Below, in pieces: positions 50,411 through 61,077 of a DNA stretch of 64,000 nt. The position numbers were made by a program, and so were the translations under genes. Under the pieces are notes generated by a model. The model had not been told where the DNA came from. It saw only the letters and a list, made by a program, of their open reading frames with translations, and searched no databases. Source of the stretch: Thermodesulfobacteriota bacterium (GTDB lineage Bacteria; Desulfobacterota_D; UBA1144; Nemesobacterales; UBA2774); assembly GCA_963422265.1 (NCBI GenBank), contig OY729416.1, positions 352,001 through 416,000 of the forward strand, read 5' to 3'. Every line of letters starts with the position of its first letter. Within the stretch, counting starts at the first letter, position 1.

Positions 50411-52124
50411 ATTTCGCCTTTAGCCAATTGCTAAGTTCGTCTAATTCCAAAGTGTTTAATACCGACTTTTTCTCCACCCAGCCTCTTCTAGCCGTGCCAA
50501 CCCCGTATTTCATAAAATCAAGCTGGTTTGGATAATGAGAGTCGGTCGATATTATTATTTTCACTCCAGCCTCTATGGCTTTTCTTACGTGGAGGTCTTT
50601 TAGGTCTAGCCTCTTGTAAGAGGAGTTGATTTCAAGAGCTTTTCTATGTTTAAGAGCAGTTTCAATTACCCTGTCCATATCCACCATGTAAGGCTCTCGT
50701 CTATTAATTAGTCTTCCAGTCGGATGTCCCAGGGCGTGTACGTATGGATTTTTAAGCGCTCTTACTATTCGTTCAGTCATAGCGTCTTTATCCATCTTAA
50801 ACCCACTGTGCACAGATGCTATAACTACGTCTAGCTCTTTTAATATCTCATCAGGATAATCAAGCGTTCCATCGCTTCTTATATCCACTTCAGAACCCAT
50901 AAAAATCTTTATTCCATCGAGCCTTTTGTCTATGCTTTTAAGCTCCTTCCTTTTTTCATAAAGTCTTTGTGCGGAGAGTCCATTCGCTATTCTAGAAGAG
51001 GGTGAGTGATCAGTAATTGCAATGTATTCGTATCCGCGCTCAATCGCGCTCATAGCCATCTCTTCAATGGTCGCCTTGCCATCGCTCCAAGCAGAATGAG
51101 TATGTAGATCACCTTTTATATCGTTGAGTTTGACAAGGTTAGGTAGCCTGTCCTTAATCGCCGCTTCTATTTCACCTCTGTCTTCCCTCAGCTCAGGCGC
51201 GATAATGGGGAGCCCTATTGCTTTATAAACGTCTTTTTCAAACTTGCCAGCGATTATTTTGCCGTCTTGATAGACGCCGTGTTCATTTATTCTGATCCCC
51301 TCTTTTGCAGCGAGAGTTCTAATTCTCGCGTTGTGCGCATGGGAACTAGAAAAATACTGGAGCGCCGCACCGTAGGAATCTGGGTTGCATACGTGGAGGT
51401 TAACCTGAACGCCATCTCCTGTAATTATGCTGACCCCAGCGCTACCTGACGCAATTGCTTCCCTTACAAAAGACATCTCTGTGAAGGACTTGGCTGTTTT
51501 CTCCGCATCGTCCGCAATAGTTAGTATATCAATATCGCTTACGGTCTCTTTCATCCTTCTAAGTGCTCCCACTATAACAGTCTGTTGGGTTCCAGGAATA
51601 CTCTCTATACCTTTTGCTATTTGCTCAGCGAGAGGCAGAGCAATCCCTAGCAGCACGCGCCCTTCGCTCTCTTTCAATAGTTCAATCCCTCTCTTTATAT
51701 CCTTGATTTTCTTTTCTCCGAAGCCCTTGAGGTTAAGAATTTCTTTACTATCTAGCACCTTTTCAAGGTCTCTAAGACTCCTTACTCCTTTGTGTTTATA
51801 TAAGAGTGAAAGCGTCTTGGCACCAAGACCGTTAATTTTCAATAAATCAACTAGCTCTGTAGGGACTTTGTCTCTTAGCTTTTCATATTCTTTTATATTT
51901 CCCGTTTCTATGTGCTCCCTTATTTTATTGGCTAGGTCCTTTCCAACGCCTGGTATTTTCGCGAGGTCGTCTTTCTCAATCCTTCGCTCAATTTCTTCAT
52001 TTAGTTCAAGTATGTTTAACGCAGCCGTTCTATATGACCTTATTCTGAAGGGGTTCTCATCAAGTATGCTCAGCATGTCTGCAATACACCCAAATACTTT
52101 TGCTATTTCGTTGTTTTTGTTCAC
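50403..52124 (-). CDS. polX: DNA polymerase X / PHP exonuclease
   Basis: HhH IPGVG, DID; PHP motifs HTH..SDG, TDH, GHPTGR, TDSH; third catalytic Asp appears to be Asn. Confidence 0.93.
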   Translation of the reverse strand: MNKNNEIAKVFGCIADMLSILDENPFRIRSYRTAALNILELNEEIERRIEKDDLAKIPGVGKDLANKIREHIETGNIKEYEKLRDKVPTELVDLLKINGLGAKTLSLLYKHKGVRSLRDLEKVLDSKEILNLKGFGEKKIKDIKRGIELLKESEGRVLLGIALPLAEQIAKGIESIPGTQQTVIVGALRRMKETVSDIDILTIADDAEKTAKSFTEMSFVREAIASGSAGVSIITGDGVQVNLHVCNPDSYGAALQYFSSSHAHNARIRTLAAKEGIRINEHGVYQDGKIIAGKFEKDVYKAIGLPIIAPELREDRGEIEAAIKDRLPNLVKLNDIKGDLHTHSAWSDGKATIEEMAMSAIERGYEYIAITDHSPSSRIANGLSAQRLYEKRKELKSIDKRLDGIKIFMGSEVDIRSDGTLDYPDEILKELDVVIASVHSGFKMDKDAMTERIVRALKNPYVHALGHPTGRLINRREPYMVDMDRVIETALKHRKALEINSSYKRLDLKDLHVRKAIEAGVKIIISTDSHYPNQLDFMKYGVGTARRGWVEKKSVLNTLELDELSNWLKAKYV

Positions 52125-52257
52125 AAGCGGTTTCCCCCCCTCCTATAAGCTATAAAGAATAATAACAAGCTAGCACGTGAAGCTTAGTAGAAAAGATAAT
52201 AATTTCTTGTCGTCGTTGGAACTCGTTTTATAGAAGTAGCAGGGTAACACCTCTTGA

Positions 52258-54015
52258 TCACTGGATAGATGCGGTTTGTAATTCCGATGAGTACTGCTCG
52301 ATGCCGGTAAATATTCCTTCTGCTAAACGGTCTATGTAATCTGTGTTTTTTAACCTTTTTTCATCTCGTGGATTACTAATGAATGACGTTTCAACTAATA
52401 TGCTAGGTATGTCAGCCCCTATCAATACTATAAATGGTGCCTTTTTTACTCCTTTGTTTTGAACGGGTTTATATCTTCTGGATACTTCGTTGACGAGAGA
52501 ATTCTGAACGTATCCGGCAAAACGCTCTGACTCATCGATTTTAGCACTTAACAGGTATTTTTGGAGAACGTTTTTCAGGTCGCTTCTTGATATTCTAGTA
52601 GAAGCATTTTCTCGCGCGGCGACTGCAAGCGAGCGTTGATCGTCAGTAAAGCTCAGCACGTAAGTCTCAATCCCTGAGGCTTTCTTATCTCTCGCAGCGT
52701 TGCAGTGGATTGATATAAAGAGATCAGCTCCAAGCTTTTTAGCTATTCCCGTCCTCTCCTCGAGTGGAATAAACTTGTCCGAGTTTCTGGTCAAATATAT
52801 TTTCTCTATTCCTAGATTTTTTCTGTCCCTGTCCAGTTTTTTCTTGAGAGCTTTTGCAATTTTTAAGTTTATGTCTTTCTCTTTAAGACCGGATGGACCT
52901 ATTGCTCCAGGATCGTGACCACCATGTCCAGGGTCAATCACAACAGTCTTGATTTTCAAGCCGAGTGCTTTTGATAGAGATGACACTTTGTCTTGTGGAA
53001 GTTTAGGTGGGTATTTATAGGCGTTTTGACCGTTGCTTTTTGAAAGGAGCATCTTTTCATCTCCGTGTATGTCCATTACAATCCTAAAAGGTTCTTGAAG
53101 AGCAAAAACCTTGTAGTTATCGAAACTCTTAATATAGAGAACAACCCTTACTTTATTATGTGTGTTCCTTGCAAACTTGATCTGTTCAAGAAGTCCTTTG
53201 GTAATAGGTTCTACATACATATCGTCGTTTACTCTCGTGTCGTTAATATCTACAAATAGTCGGAGTGGTTTTCCGATAGAGGGATCGGGCTTTAGGAGTT
53301 TAGGGTAAAACGTCGCTTCTTTATCCAGGTGTATTACTACCCTTGTAAAGTTATTAGTTGACCAGTGGCGTATTTTGTTGACGCTGGTTAATCTGCTTTT
53401 TGATCTAGGACTGGGCTTTGCATCACCGTGTCTTTTACTTGGCTTAAAGGGCGTGAGTTCCTGTATTTTATGCTCGGCTATGGGTTTCATATCGGCATTT
53501 TGGAAATCGGAGACTATTTTCTTGTATTCAATATAAGCTCCTGGCTTGCTACGTTTTTCAATAATTCTCGCCACTCTCAATTGCGCATCATCCGCAAGAC
53601 TGTTGTCCGGATACTTCCTTATAAATAGCCTTGAGTACTCAACCGACCTATCTAAATCATCCTGCGACTTAAACCTCTCTCCCATTTCTTCATACATCTT
53701 GGCTGAAATAAATAGCGAGTCAGGGGCTTTTTTAGCTTTAGGGGAGTTTTTGTATATGCTGTAGAACGCTATGGCAATTATCTCCCATATCTTTTTATCT
53801 CGGACTTTTTTTGAATCCGCTGCTAAGTTTTTATAAAGCTGGAGGGTTTCAGAATATAAGTTCTCGCTGAGATCCTGGGCATTGGAATCTAGAATGGAGA
53901 AGGATAACCCTAAAATTAATAAGATAGCTGTGAAATGAAACTTCTTTATACTCACTGTAAAGTTATATAATTTTTTGGATATTAGCAAGCCGCTTTTTAT
54001 AGATAACTTTAACAT
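52258..54015 (-). CDS. N-acetylmuramoyl-L-alanine amidase (TPR-like + AMIN + Amidase_3)
   Basis: IDPGHGGHDPGA, EK, SIHCNA, LVETSFISN; AMIN-like RVV/RLFVD repeats. Confidence 0.92.
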   Translation of the reverse strand: MLKLSIKSGLLISKKLYNFTVSIKKFHFTAILLILGLSFSILDSNAQDLSENLYSETLQLYKNLAADSKKVRDKKIWEIIAIAFYSIYKNSPKAKKAPDSLFISAKMYEEMGERFKSQDDLDRSVEYSRLFIRKYPDNSLADDAQLRVARIIEKRSKPGAYIEYKKIVSDFQNADMKPIAEHKIQELTPFKPSKRHGDAKPSPRSKSRLTSVNKIRHWSTNNFTRVVIHLDKEATFYPKLLKPDPSIGKPLRLFVDINDTRVNDDMYVEPITKGLLEQIKFARNTHNKVRVVLYIKSFDNYKVFALQEPFRIVMDIHGDEKMLLSKSNGQNAYKYPPKLPQDKVSSLSKALGLKIKTVVIDPGHGGHDPGAIGPSGLKEKDINLKIAKALKKKLDRDRKNLGIEKIYLTRNSDKFIPLEERTGIAKKLGADLFISIHCNAARDKKASGIETYVLSFTDDQRSLAVAARENASTRISRSDLKNVLQKYLLSAKIDESERFAGYVQNSLVNEVSRRYKPVQNKGVKKAPFIVLIGADIPSILVETSFISNPRDEKRLKNTDYIDRLAEGIFTGIEQYSSELQTASIQ

Positions 54016-54051
54016 TCTACCAAAACTTTTATAGTTTGAAAGCTCTATTTT

Positions 54052-54080
54052 TTGAAATGATAGCTACTTAGTGATAAATT
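54052..54080 (+). promoter_or_regulatory. Promoter TTGAAA-N17-TAAATT with extended TG
   Basis: ATG 54088 lies 7 nt after the -10; no SD. Confidence 0.55.
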
Positions 54081-54087
54081 TGCTTTA

Positions 54088-54855
54088 ATGAAGGTTGTCA
54101 TACTCGGTTGCGCAACGTCAACTGGAGTGCCTATTGTGGGTTGTAATTGCCCTGTTTGCCTATCTACAAATCCTAAAAATAAAAGGACGCGATGCTCCTT
54201 ATTTGTAAAGGTTAAAGGCAGGAATCTGCTAATTGATACTTCAACCGATTTAAGATTGCAGGCGTTAAGGCATGGAGTAACAAGGGTAGATGCTGTGCTT
54301 TACACTCATTCACACGCTGACCATACTCACGGTATTGATGAGCTGAGGGTCTATAATTTTGTAAATAAGGCAGTAATCCCGTGTTTTGGGAATAAGAAGA
54401 CTGTTTCTAATATTGAGAATAACTTTCGATATATTTTCGATAGAGTCGCACCTACCGGAGGCAAGCCTAAAATTGAAATGAACATTGTATCTGGACAGTT
54501 TGATTTTCATGGCATAACAGTACTGCCCGTTGATATATATCATGCGAGTTGGACTATTCTTGGCTATAGGATAGGTGGAATGGCGTACCTGACTGATTGC
54601 AGTGGTATTCCTGAAGAATCGTTTGAAAAACTAAAGGAACTTGATCTTCTAATAGTTAGCGCGCTTAGATATAGATCGCATGCGGCCCACTTTAACGTTG
54701 AACAGGCTATCGAGATTGCGCACAGAATAAACCCTGAGCTTACAGTATTCACCCACATGGGGCACGAGATTGATTATGACTATTTATCAAGCACTCTTCC
54801 CACAGGTATTGTCCCAGCTTATGACGGAATGATTATAGGGCTTGATGATCCTTAA
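54088..54855 (+). CDS. MBL-fold metallo-hydrolase, PhnP-like
   Basis: GVPxxGCxCxVC, THSHADHTHG, YLTD, THMGH, AYDG. Confidence 0.92.
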   Translation: MKVVILGCATSTGVPIVGCNCPVCLSTNPKNKRTRCSLFVKVKGRNLLIDTSTDLRLQALRHGVTRVDAVLYTHSHADHTHGIDELRVYNFVNKAVIPCFGNKKTVSNIENNFRYIFDRVAPTGGKPKIEMNIVSGQFDFHGITVLPVDIYHASWTILGYRIGGMAYLTDCSGIPEESFEKLKELDLLIVSALRYRSHAAHFNVEQAIEIAHRINPELTVFTHMGHEIDYDYLSSTLPTGIVPAYDGMIIGLDDP

Positions 54856-54895
54856 ATTTTAGATTATCAAGGTTAGTATTAGTTGGAGGATAGAG

Positions 54896-56119
54896 ATGAA
54901 GGACTTTGTTAAAGAGCTGGCTCGACAAAATAATACTAAGATCGTGTTATGCGTTCTGGATGGTTTAGGCGGGCTTCCTCAGGGGGGCAAAACAGAGCTT
55001 GAGGTCGCATATACGCCTAATCTTGACAAGCTAGCGGAGAGTGGCGCATGTGGTCACCATATACCTGTTGCGGTAGGAATTACGCCCGGAAGCGGCGCCG
55101 CCCATCTTGGATTATTTGGTTATGATCCCCTCAAATATGAGATAGGTCGCGGAGTGCTTGAAGCTCTTGGGCTCGGTATAAGTCTTACCTCCAATGATAT
55201 AGCAGTAAGAGGCAATTTCGCCACGGTTAGATACGAAGGGAATGCGCCCATCGTGGTTGATAGGAGGGCGGGAAGGATTCCCACTGAAGAGAACGTAAGG
55301 ATAGTATTAAAAATTACCCAAGAGATTCAGGAGATTGACGGGATAAAAGTGAATATGACTTCTGGTATGGAACATAGGTCGGCTATTGTCTTTACTTTTC
55401 CTGAGCCAATCTCAGAGAGAGAGATTGTTATAAATGACACTGATCCTCAAACTGCGGGTAGAAGTCCAGTTCCTCTTGTTGGGCATGGACCAGAAGCCAG
55501 TAAGGTCGCTAGCGTCATGGCTAAATTCGTTGACTGGGTAGCCGAAATTTTGAGGGAAGAAGAGAGAGCAAATTACTTATTGTTAAGAGGTGTAGCTACT
55601 TATCCAAGTTTGATTTCCTATTACGATGCCTATGGACTCAGGGCATCGTGTATTGCAGTATATCCTATGTATAAGGGTGTCTCAAAGTTGGTGGGCATGG
55701 ACGTTCTTGAAGTCGATGATGAATCTATCAAGGGTGAAATAGATACGCTGAAAAGCAACTTTAATGATTATGACTTTTTCTATCTACACGTAAAAAAGAC
55801 TGATAGTTACGGCGAGGATGGGAATTTTAACGCAAAGGTAAAGGTGATTGAAGAGTTCGACGGCTTAGTCCCGGATATATTAGAGCTGAATCCGGATGTT
55901 TTTGTTGTAACTGGTGATCACTCTACGCCGGCTACGATGAAAGGTCACAGTTGGCATACGGTTCCTGTCCTAATTAGGTCTTCCTTAGCTAGAGGGTCGG
56001 GGACGGCAACCTTTTCCGAGATAGAGTGTCTTAAGGGTGAGCTTGGCACTTTCCATGCGGTTGACTTAATAACTCTTATGCTAGCTCATGCGGAAAGGCT
56101 CCAGAAATACGGGGCTTAA
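54896..56119 (+). CDS. apgM: Cofactor-independent phosphoglycerate mutase, archaeal type
   Basis: DGLGG, TPNLD, PGSGAAHL, GRG, RGN, DRRAGR, TGDHSTP, HSWH. Confidence 0.92.
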   Translation: MKDFVKELARQNNTKIVLCVLDGLGGLPQGGKTELEVAYTPNLDKLAESGACGHHIPVAVGITPGSGAAHLGLFGYDPLKYEIGRGVLEALGLGISLTSNDIAVRGNFATVRYEGNAPIVVDRRAGRIPTEENVRIVLKITQEIQEIDGIKVNMTSGMEHRSAIVFTFPEPISEREIVINDTDPQTAGRSPVPLVGHGPEASKVASVMAKFVDWVAEILREEERANYLLLRGVATYPSLISYYDAYGLRASCIAVYPMYKGVSKLVGMDVLEVDDESIKGEIDTLKSNFNDYDFFYLHVKKTDSYGEDGNFNAKVKVIEEFDGLVPDILELNPDVFVVTGDHSTPATMKGHSWHTVPVLIRSSLARGSGTATFSEIECLKGELGTFHAVDLITLMLAHAERLQKYGA

Positions 56120-56185
56120 AACTGGATTTATAGCTCTTGAAGCTAAAGGCTTTTGTGGTAGTCTTTAATTAATTTCGTATTAAGA

Positions 56186-56270
56186 GCCGAAGTGGTGGAA
56201 TTGGCAGACACGCAGTCTTGAGGGGGCTGTGCCTTAGGGTGTGCGGGTTCGACTCCCGCCTTCGGCACCA
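56186..56270 (+). tRNA. tRNA-Leu(GAG)
   Basis: GCCGAAG/CTTCGGC-A-CCA; CAGTC-TT GAG GG-GGCTG; variable arm. Confidence 0.95.
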
Positions 56271-56333
56271 TTTATTCAATATATGCGTATGTTTCCCCCC
56301 TCACGCTGAGCTTCAACTCGCTCTTTTTGCACC

Positions 56334-56942
56334 TTAATCAAGCTCTCTCAGTATTGATTCAGCTTTATCATCTTGTCCCAATCTCTCATAAGCCATAGCC
56401 ATGTGAAGCTTAGCCTGCTTATGAAGGAGGGTTTCTGTTTGAGCGTCAAGTTTAGATAAATAATCTATTGCCTGCATCCATTTTTCTTGATTAAAACTTG
56501 CCAGCCCTTGGGTTAGGATTGCCGATTGAGTGAGTTTGGGTTGATTCACGCTAGATTTTAGAAAAGCATCTAACGTGGTAATTGAATCATCGTATTTACC
56601 TATTTGGTAATTTACAACGCCCGAATAATAAATAGCTATTTGAGAGATTTTCTCGTCCGGGTATTGGTCAACTACGGATTGAAAACCTGCCAAAGCGTCT
56701 TCTTCATTGCCAGCATTGAGATTTTCTACTGCTCTGTTGAGTAACGAGTTTGCTTCAGATTCCCTTTCTGCTGAAGATAGGCTTATAACGTATGCCACGA
56801 TAATAATAACTATTACTATGCCAACGATAGCCGCAATTTTATTGAAATGGTTTGCTATGTGTTCTACCGCTCTGGCTATAGCCCGAGTGAATCTATCAGG
56901 CTGCTTCAGCTCTTTTTCCGTGTATTTTATATTTTCTGTCAT
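56334..56942 (-). CDS. Membrane-anchored TPR protein (YfgM-like)
   Basis: KELKQPD.F, single TM helix, TPR-like helical repeats. Confidence 0.75.
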   Translation of the reverse strand: MTENIKYTEKELKQPDRFTRAIARAVEHIANHFNKIAAIVGIVIVIIIVAYVISLSSAERESEANSLLNRAVENLNAGNEEDALAGFQSVVDQYPDEKISQIAIYYSGVVNYQIGKYDDSITTLDAFLKSSVNQPKLTQSAILTQGLASFNQEKWMQAIDYLSKLDAQTETLLHKQAKLHMAMAYERLGQDDKAESILRELD

Positions 56943-57056
56943 CGGAAGGTGATTATAATCAGACGTTATAGAAATACAAATGGGAATTTCACTTTAAATT
57001 CTTATGTGGACATATATATTGCAGTTCGGGTTCAATTAAGATAAGCTTTTCTAATA

Positions 57057-58508
57057 ATGAGAGCCTTGATACGAGCTATTACGCTTGTTTTTATTGCCTT
57101 ATCCTTCATGGGACTCTTTCTAAGCCGAGCAGAAAGTGAAAAACAATCTGAGAACGGTCATAATATAGCTTCAGACAGTAGTGATTATAATCAACGTCCC
57201 GGGGAGATCGTGGTCGTGGAGATTAATGGCACTATCAATCCTGCGACGCTTGACTACATTCGCACGGGGCTGGATGCTGCAAAGGATAAAAACGCCGAGG
57301 CGTTAGTTATTTTGCTAGATACGCCGGGAGGCCTTCTTAGTTCAACAAAAGAGATAGTTAAGCTCATCCTAGGCTCATCCATACCGGTTGTGGTTTACGT
57401 ATCTCCTAGTGGAGCCTCGGCGACGTCCGCCGGGGTTTTTATCACTCTCTCAGCTAACATAGCGGCTATGGCGCCCGGAACTAGCATTGGGGCGGCTCAT
57501 CCTGTAACTCTGGGTCCGGAAGGTAATCAACGGAAGAAAAAAATTCCAGAAGAGTCTAAGAGCAGTGGCAGAGAAAAATCTGGAGACAAAACGGAAAATA
57601 CAGATCAACGCGCGCAGCGAGACGTGATGAATGAAAAAATAGAGAATTATGCTTCTTCATTTATCCAGAGTATCGCCGAGCAGAGAGGAAGGAACGTCGA
57701 GTGGGCAAATTTAGCCGTTAGAGAGAGCTCTTCTATTACGGCAAACGAGGCGCTTAGGTTGCAGGTGATTGATCTCATCTCACCTGATCTGGGCACGCTC
57801 ATCAACGAGATTGACGGTCGTGGGGTAAAGCTCTCTCGGGGAGATAAAACGCTCAGAACTAAAGGGACGTCGATATCTAGGGTTGAAATGAGCGCCAAGC
57901 AACAACTGATTAATATTTTGAGTACTCCAGACATCGCATTTTTGTTGCTATCGTTGGGTTCGCTGGGTCTATTGCTTGAGTTCTATAATCCGGGCCTAAT
58001 TTTTCCGGGAGTTACTGGGGTCGTTTGTCTTCTTATGGGATTCGTATCGCTTCAGATTCTCGCGTTTAACCATGCTGGCCTCGTCTTGCTGCTTTTAGCT
58101 ATTGGGCTTTTCGTTACAGAGGTTTATGTAACCAGTTATGGGCTTCTGAGCCTTGGAGGTATTATAAGTTTTGCCCTCGGGGCATTGCTTCTATTTGACA
58201 CCCCCGAATCAGACGTAAGGGTAAGCTTTGACGTAGTAATAGCCTCTACGTTGGCAATGGGACTGTTTTTTGCATACGTAGCCTATTATTTGGCTAAATC
58301 CCAAAAACTCTCTCCACAGCTAGGCTTTGAAGGACTCAAAGGAGAAGAAGGCGAGGCGTTCTCTGAAGTTAATAAAGAAGGTAAGGTATTCATAATGGGT
58401 GAATATTGGGACGCCGAGAGCGATGAACTCATTTCCAAAGGTGATAAAATCAAGGTTATAAAATACGTCAAAGGTCTTAAAGTGAGAGTAAAGAAGATTG
58501 ACGTCTAA
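57057..58508 (+). CDS. nfeD: NfeD membrane-bound serine protease
   Basis: LDTPGG, A.SAG, MAPGTSIGAAHPV, TM region, C-terminal GEYW OB fold. Confidence 0.93.
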   Translation: MRALIRAITLVFIALSFMGLFLSRAESEKQSENGHNIASDSSDYNQRPGEIVVVEINGTINPATLDYIRTGLDAAKDKNAEALVILLDTPGGLLSSTKEIVKLILGSSIPVVVYVSPSGASATSAGVFITLSANIAAMAPGTSIGAAHPVTLGPEGNQRKKKIPEESKSSGREKSGDKTENTDQRAQRDVMNEKIENYASSFIQSIAEQRGRNVEWANLAVRESSSITANEALRLQVIDLISPDLGTLINEIDGRGVKLSRGDKTLRTKGTSISRVEMSAKQQLINILSTPDIAFLLLSLGSLGLLLEFYNPGLIFPGVTGVVCLLMGFVSLQILAFNHAGLVLLLLAIGLFVTEVYVTSYGLLSLGGIISFALGALLLFDTPESDVRVSFDVVIASTLAMGLFFAYVAYYLAKSQKLSPQLGFEGLKGEEGEAFSEVNKEGKVFIMGEYWDAESDELISKGDKIKVIKYVKGLKVRVKKIDV

Positions 58509-58520
58509 GAATCTTAGGAG

Positions 58521-59339
58521 GTGCTACTAAACATGTTTTCAACATTATTTATCTTCGTATCGATTATCGTGATACTTATACTTTCGGGGGTCAGAATCCT
58601 TAACGAATATGAGAGAGGCGTTGTTTTCAGGTTGGGAAGAATTGTATTGCCCAAGGGTCCTGGGTTCAAGTGGATTATCCCCGCAGTGGATAAAATGACC
58701 AAGATAAGTCTGAGGCTCATTACAATGGACGTTCCTCCTCAAGACGTGATAACAAAGGACAACGTATCTGTTAAGGTCAATGCGGTGGTCTATTTCCGAG
58801 TAGTTGAACCCACAAAGGCGGTCATTCAGGTAGAGAACTATCTATACGCGACTTCGCAGCTTGCTCAGACTACGCTGAGAAGCGTTTTGGGGCAGGTTGA
58901 GCTTGATGAGCTATTAGCGGAAAGAGAAAAGCTTAACGTCAAGCTCCAGGAGGTTTTAGATAAGCAGACGGACGCCTGGGGAATAAAGGTAACGCTGGTT
59001 GAGCTTAAATACGTAGATCTGCCTGAGGATATGAAACAGATAATGGCGCGTCAGGCTGAAGCCGAAAGAGAGAGGAGGGCTAAGGTGATTAGTGCGGAGG
59101 GAGAGTTTCAGGCAGCGACCAAACTGTCTGAGGCATCTGATATTCTCTCTAGAAATCCAATGGCGCTTCAGCTAAGGTTTCTTCAAACTCTAACTGAGAT
59201 GTCAAGTAACCAGACCTCTACCATAGTTTTCCCTCTGCCCCTTGATTTATTGAAACCGTTTTTTGAAAACGCAGCCAAAGTTACAGCGGCGAGCAGCGAG
59301 TCAGACAATGGAAAAGATCAGAAGGGAATCCAGAGTTGA
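58521..59339 (+). CDS. SPFH/slipin (stomatin-like) protein
   Basis: [40 protein letters not shown]; nfeD partner. Confidence 0.95.
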   Translation: MLLNMFSTLFIFVSIIVILILSGVRILNEYERGVVFRLGRIVLPKGPGFKWIIPAVDKMTKISLRLITMDVPPQDVITKDNVSVKVNAVVYFRVVEPTKAVIQVENYLYATSQLAQTTLRSVLGQVELDELLAEREKLNVKLQEVLDKQTDAWGIKVTLVELKYVDLPEDMKQIMARQAEAERERRAKVISAEGEFQAATKLSEASDILSRNPMALQLRFLQTLTEMSSNQTSTIVFPLPLDLLKPFFENAAKVTAASSESDNGKDQKGIQS

Positions 59340-61000
59340 CGAGATATTGTATTCTGAAAGTATTGAACGTAATTCTTTTATCCACTCTAATGGCGTGTGG
59401 CTCGGTGGATCACAAAGAAAAGGAGAGGTTAACGTCCGAGACTAAACAGTCTGCCTTTTCTAAGTTTGATATGGAACCTAAAGGTGGAGGACAGTTAATT
59501 ATTCGCCTAAGTGCAGAGCCCGCGACGCTGAACCCAATTACGGCTACAGACGCGTACGAAAATAGGGTAAACAGCGGTAATGTTTACGAAACCCTAATAG
59601 AGAGAGATAATAAAACGCTTGAGCTAAAACCTTTGCTTGCAGAGTCTTGGAAGGTTTCGGAGGATAAGCTTACCTATACGTTCAAGATTAAAGAAGGGGT
59701 AAAATGGCACGACGGGGCACCATTTACTTCTGAAGATATAGTTTTCTCATATAAGACTATAATGGATCCGCTGGTTGACTCCCCTCAGTTGAGATCTTAT
59801 TACCAGGAGATCAGGGACGTACGGGTTATAGATAGGCACACCGTCGAATTCATTTACGCAAGACCCTATTTTCTTGCACTTGAGTTCTGTGGTGGAATTC
59901 CTATTGTTCCCAAACATGTATTTGAGAGAGGTGATTTTAATACCAACCCCGCGGGTAGGAATCCAATTGGAACGGGACCTTATAAATTCGTTAAATGGAC
60001 TACTGGAAGGGAAATCGTCCTTGAAAGAAATCCTAATTACTGGGGTAAGAAACCTAGTCTATACAAGATAGTATTCAGGATAATTACGAACTCTTCCGTG
60101 GCGCTTCAAGTATTGAAGCGCCAGGAACTTGACGTCGCGGGACTAACGCCTATCCAGTGGGCAAGGCAAACAGGATCACACAGTTTTCAGGAAAATTTCA
60201 GTAAGTTCAGCTACTTCACCCCTAACTATAGCTACATAGGGTGGAACTTAACCAAACCGTATTTCTCCGACAAACGAGTAAGGACTGCACTTACTCACCT
60301 TATCAATAGAGAACTGGTACTAGACAAAGTTCTTTACAATCTAGGTAGCGTGGTTACAAATCCATTTTATATAAAAAGTAAAGAGTACAATGGCTCGATT
60401 AAACCGCTCCCTTATGATGTTGAGACTGCAAAAAGGTTGCTTGAAGAAGCGGGCTGGATAGACAGGGATCGGGATGGGATAAGGGATAAGGACGGAGTTA
60501 AATTCGCGTTTGAGTTTTTAATACCCGTAGATTATGAGATTGGGGAGAAAGTAGCTACCATCCTAAAGGAAGAGCTTGATCGGGTGGGAATAAAGATGGA
60601 TATACGTAAGACGGAGTGGCCAGTTTTTACTACGAGGCTTAACGAAAGAACGTTTGACGCAGTTACTCTTGCCTGGTCCATGGGCGTTGAGTCAGATCCT
60701 TACCAGATATGGAGTTCTACCCAGGCTGAGAAAGGCTCAAACTTTGTCGGGTTCAAAAGTGATGAGTCGGATAGATTGATGGAGGAAGCTAGAAAAGAAT
60801 TCGACATAGAAAAAAGAATTGAACTCTATAAAAAATTCTCGAAAATTATTCACGAAGAACAGCCTTATACATTTCTGTTTGCCAGAAAATCGACGGTTGC
60901 AATACATAAAAGATTTGAAAACGTAAACGTTTATCCTCTGGGAATAGATTTTCGTGAATGGCGCGTAACATCTCCAAAGTCAGATACAAACTTACCCTAG
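59336..61000 (+). CDS. Peptide ABC transporter substrate-binding lipoprotein (family 5)
   Basis: Lipobox LMAC, LAESW, GVKWHDG, GTGPYKF. Confidence 0.93.
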   Translation: MTRYCILKVLNVILLSTLMACGSVDHKEKERLTSETKQSAFSKFDMEPKGGGQLIIRLSAEPATLNPITATDAYENRVNSGNVYETLIERDNKTLELKPLLAESWKVSEDKLTYTFKIKEGVKWHDGAPFTSEDIVFSYKTIMDPLVDSPQLRSYYQEIRDVRVIDRHTVEFIYARPYFLALEFCGGIPIVPKHVFERGDFNTNPAGRNPIGTGPYKFVKWTTGREIVLERNPNYWGKKPSLYKIVFRIITNSSVALQVLKRQELDVAGLTPIQWARQTGSHSFQENFSKFSYFTPNYSYIGWNLTKPYFSDKRVRTALTHLINRELVLDKVLYNLGSVVTNPFYIKSKEYNGSIKPLPYDVETAKRLLEEAGWIDRDRDGIRDKDGVKFAFEFLIPVDYEIGEKVATILKEELDRVGIKMDIRKTEWPVFTTRLNERTFDAVTLAWSMGVESDPYQIWSSTQAEKGSNFVGFKSDESDRLMEEARKEFDIEKRIELYKKFSKIIHEEQPYTFLFARKSTVAIHKRFENVNVYPLGIDFREWRVTSPKSDTNLP

Positions 61001-61019
61001 GATTATCATCTTCATAGGT

Positions 61020-61059
61020 ATTGTTACTAGCAGGCGCGGGTTGCTAGTAGTGATCTTTT
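61020..61059 (+). terminator. Stem-loop between SBP and permease genes (partial terminator or mRNA stabiliser)
   Basis: TACTAGCAG/TTGCTAGTA stem, extendable with G-U pairs, followed by CTTTT. Confidence 0.5.
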
Positions 61060-61077
61060 AGTTTTGCTTAAAATAAT

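Noticed and set aside
51427-52155. Long antisense ORFs (242 aa opposite polX; also 62654-63316, 39979-40476 and others)
   Set aside because: Shadow frames of well-supported genes with Ser/Phe/Leu-rich composition and no motifs
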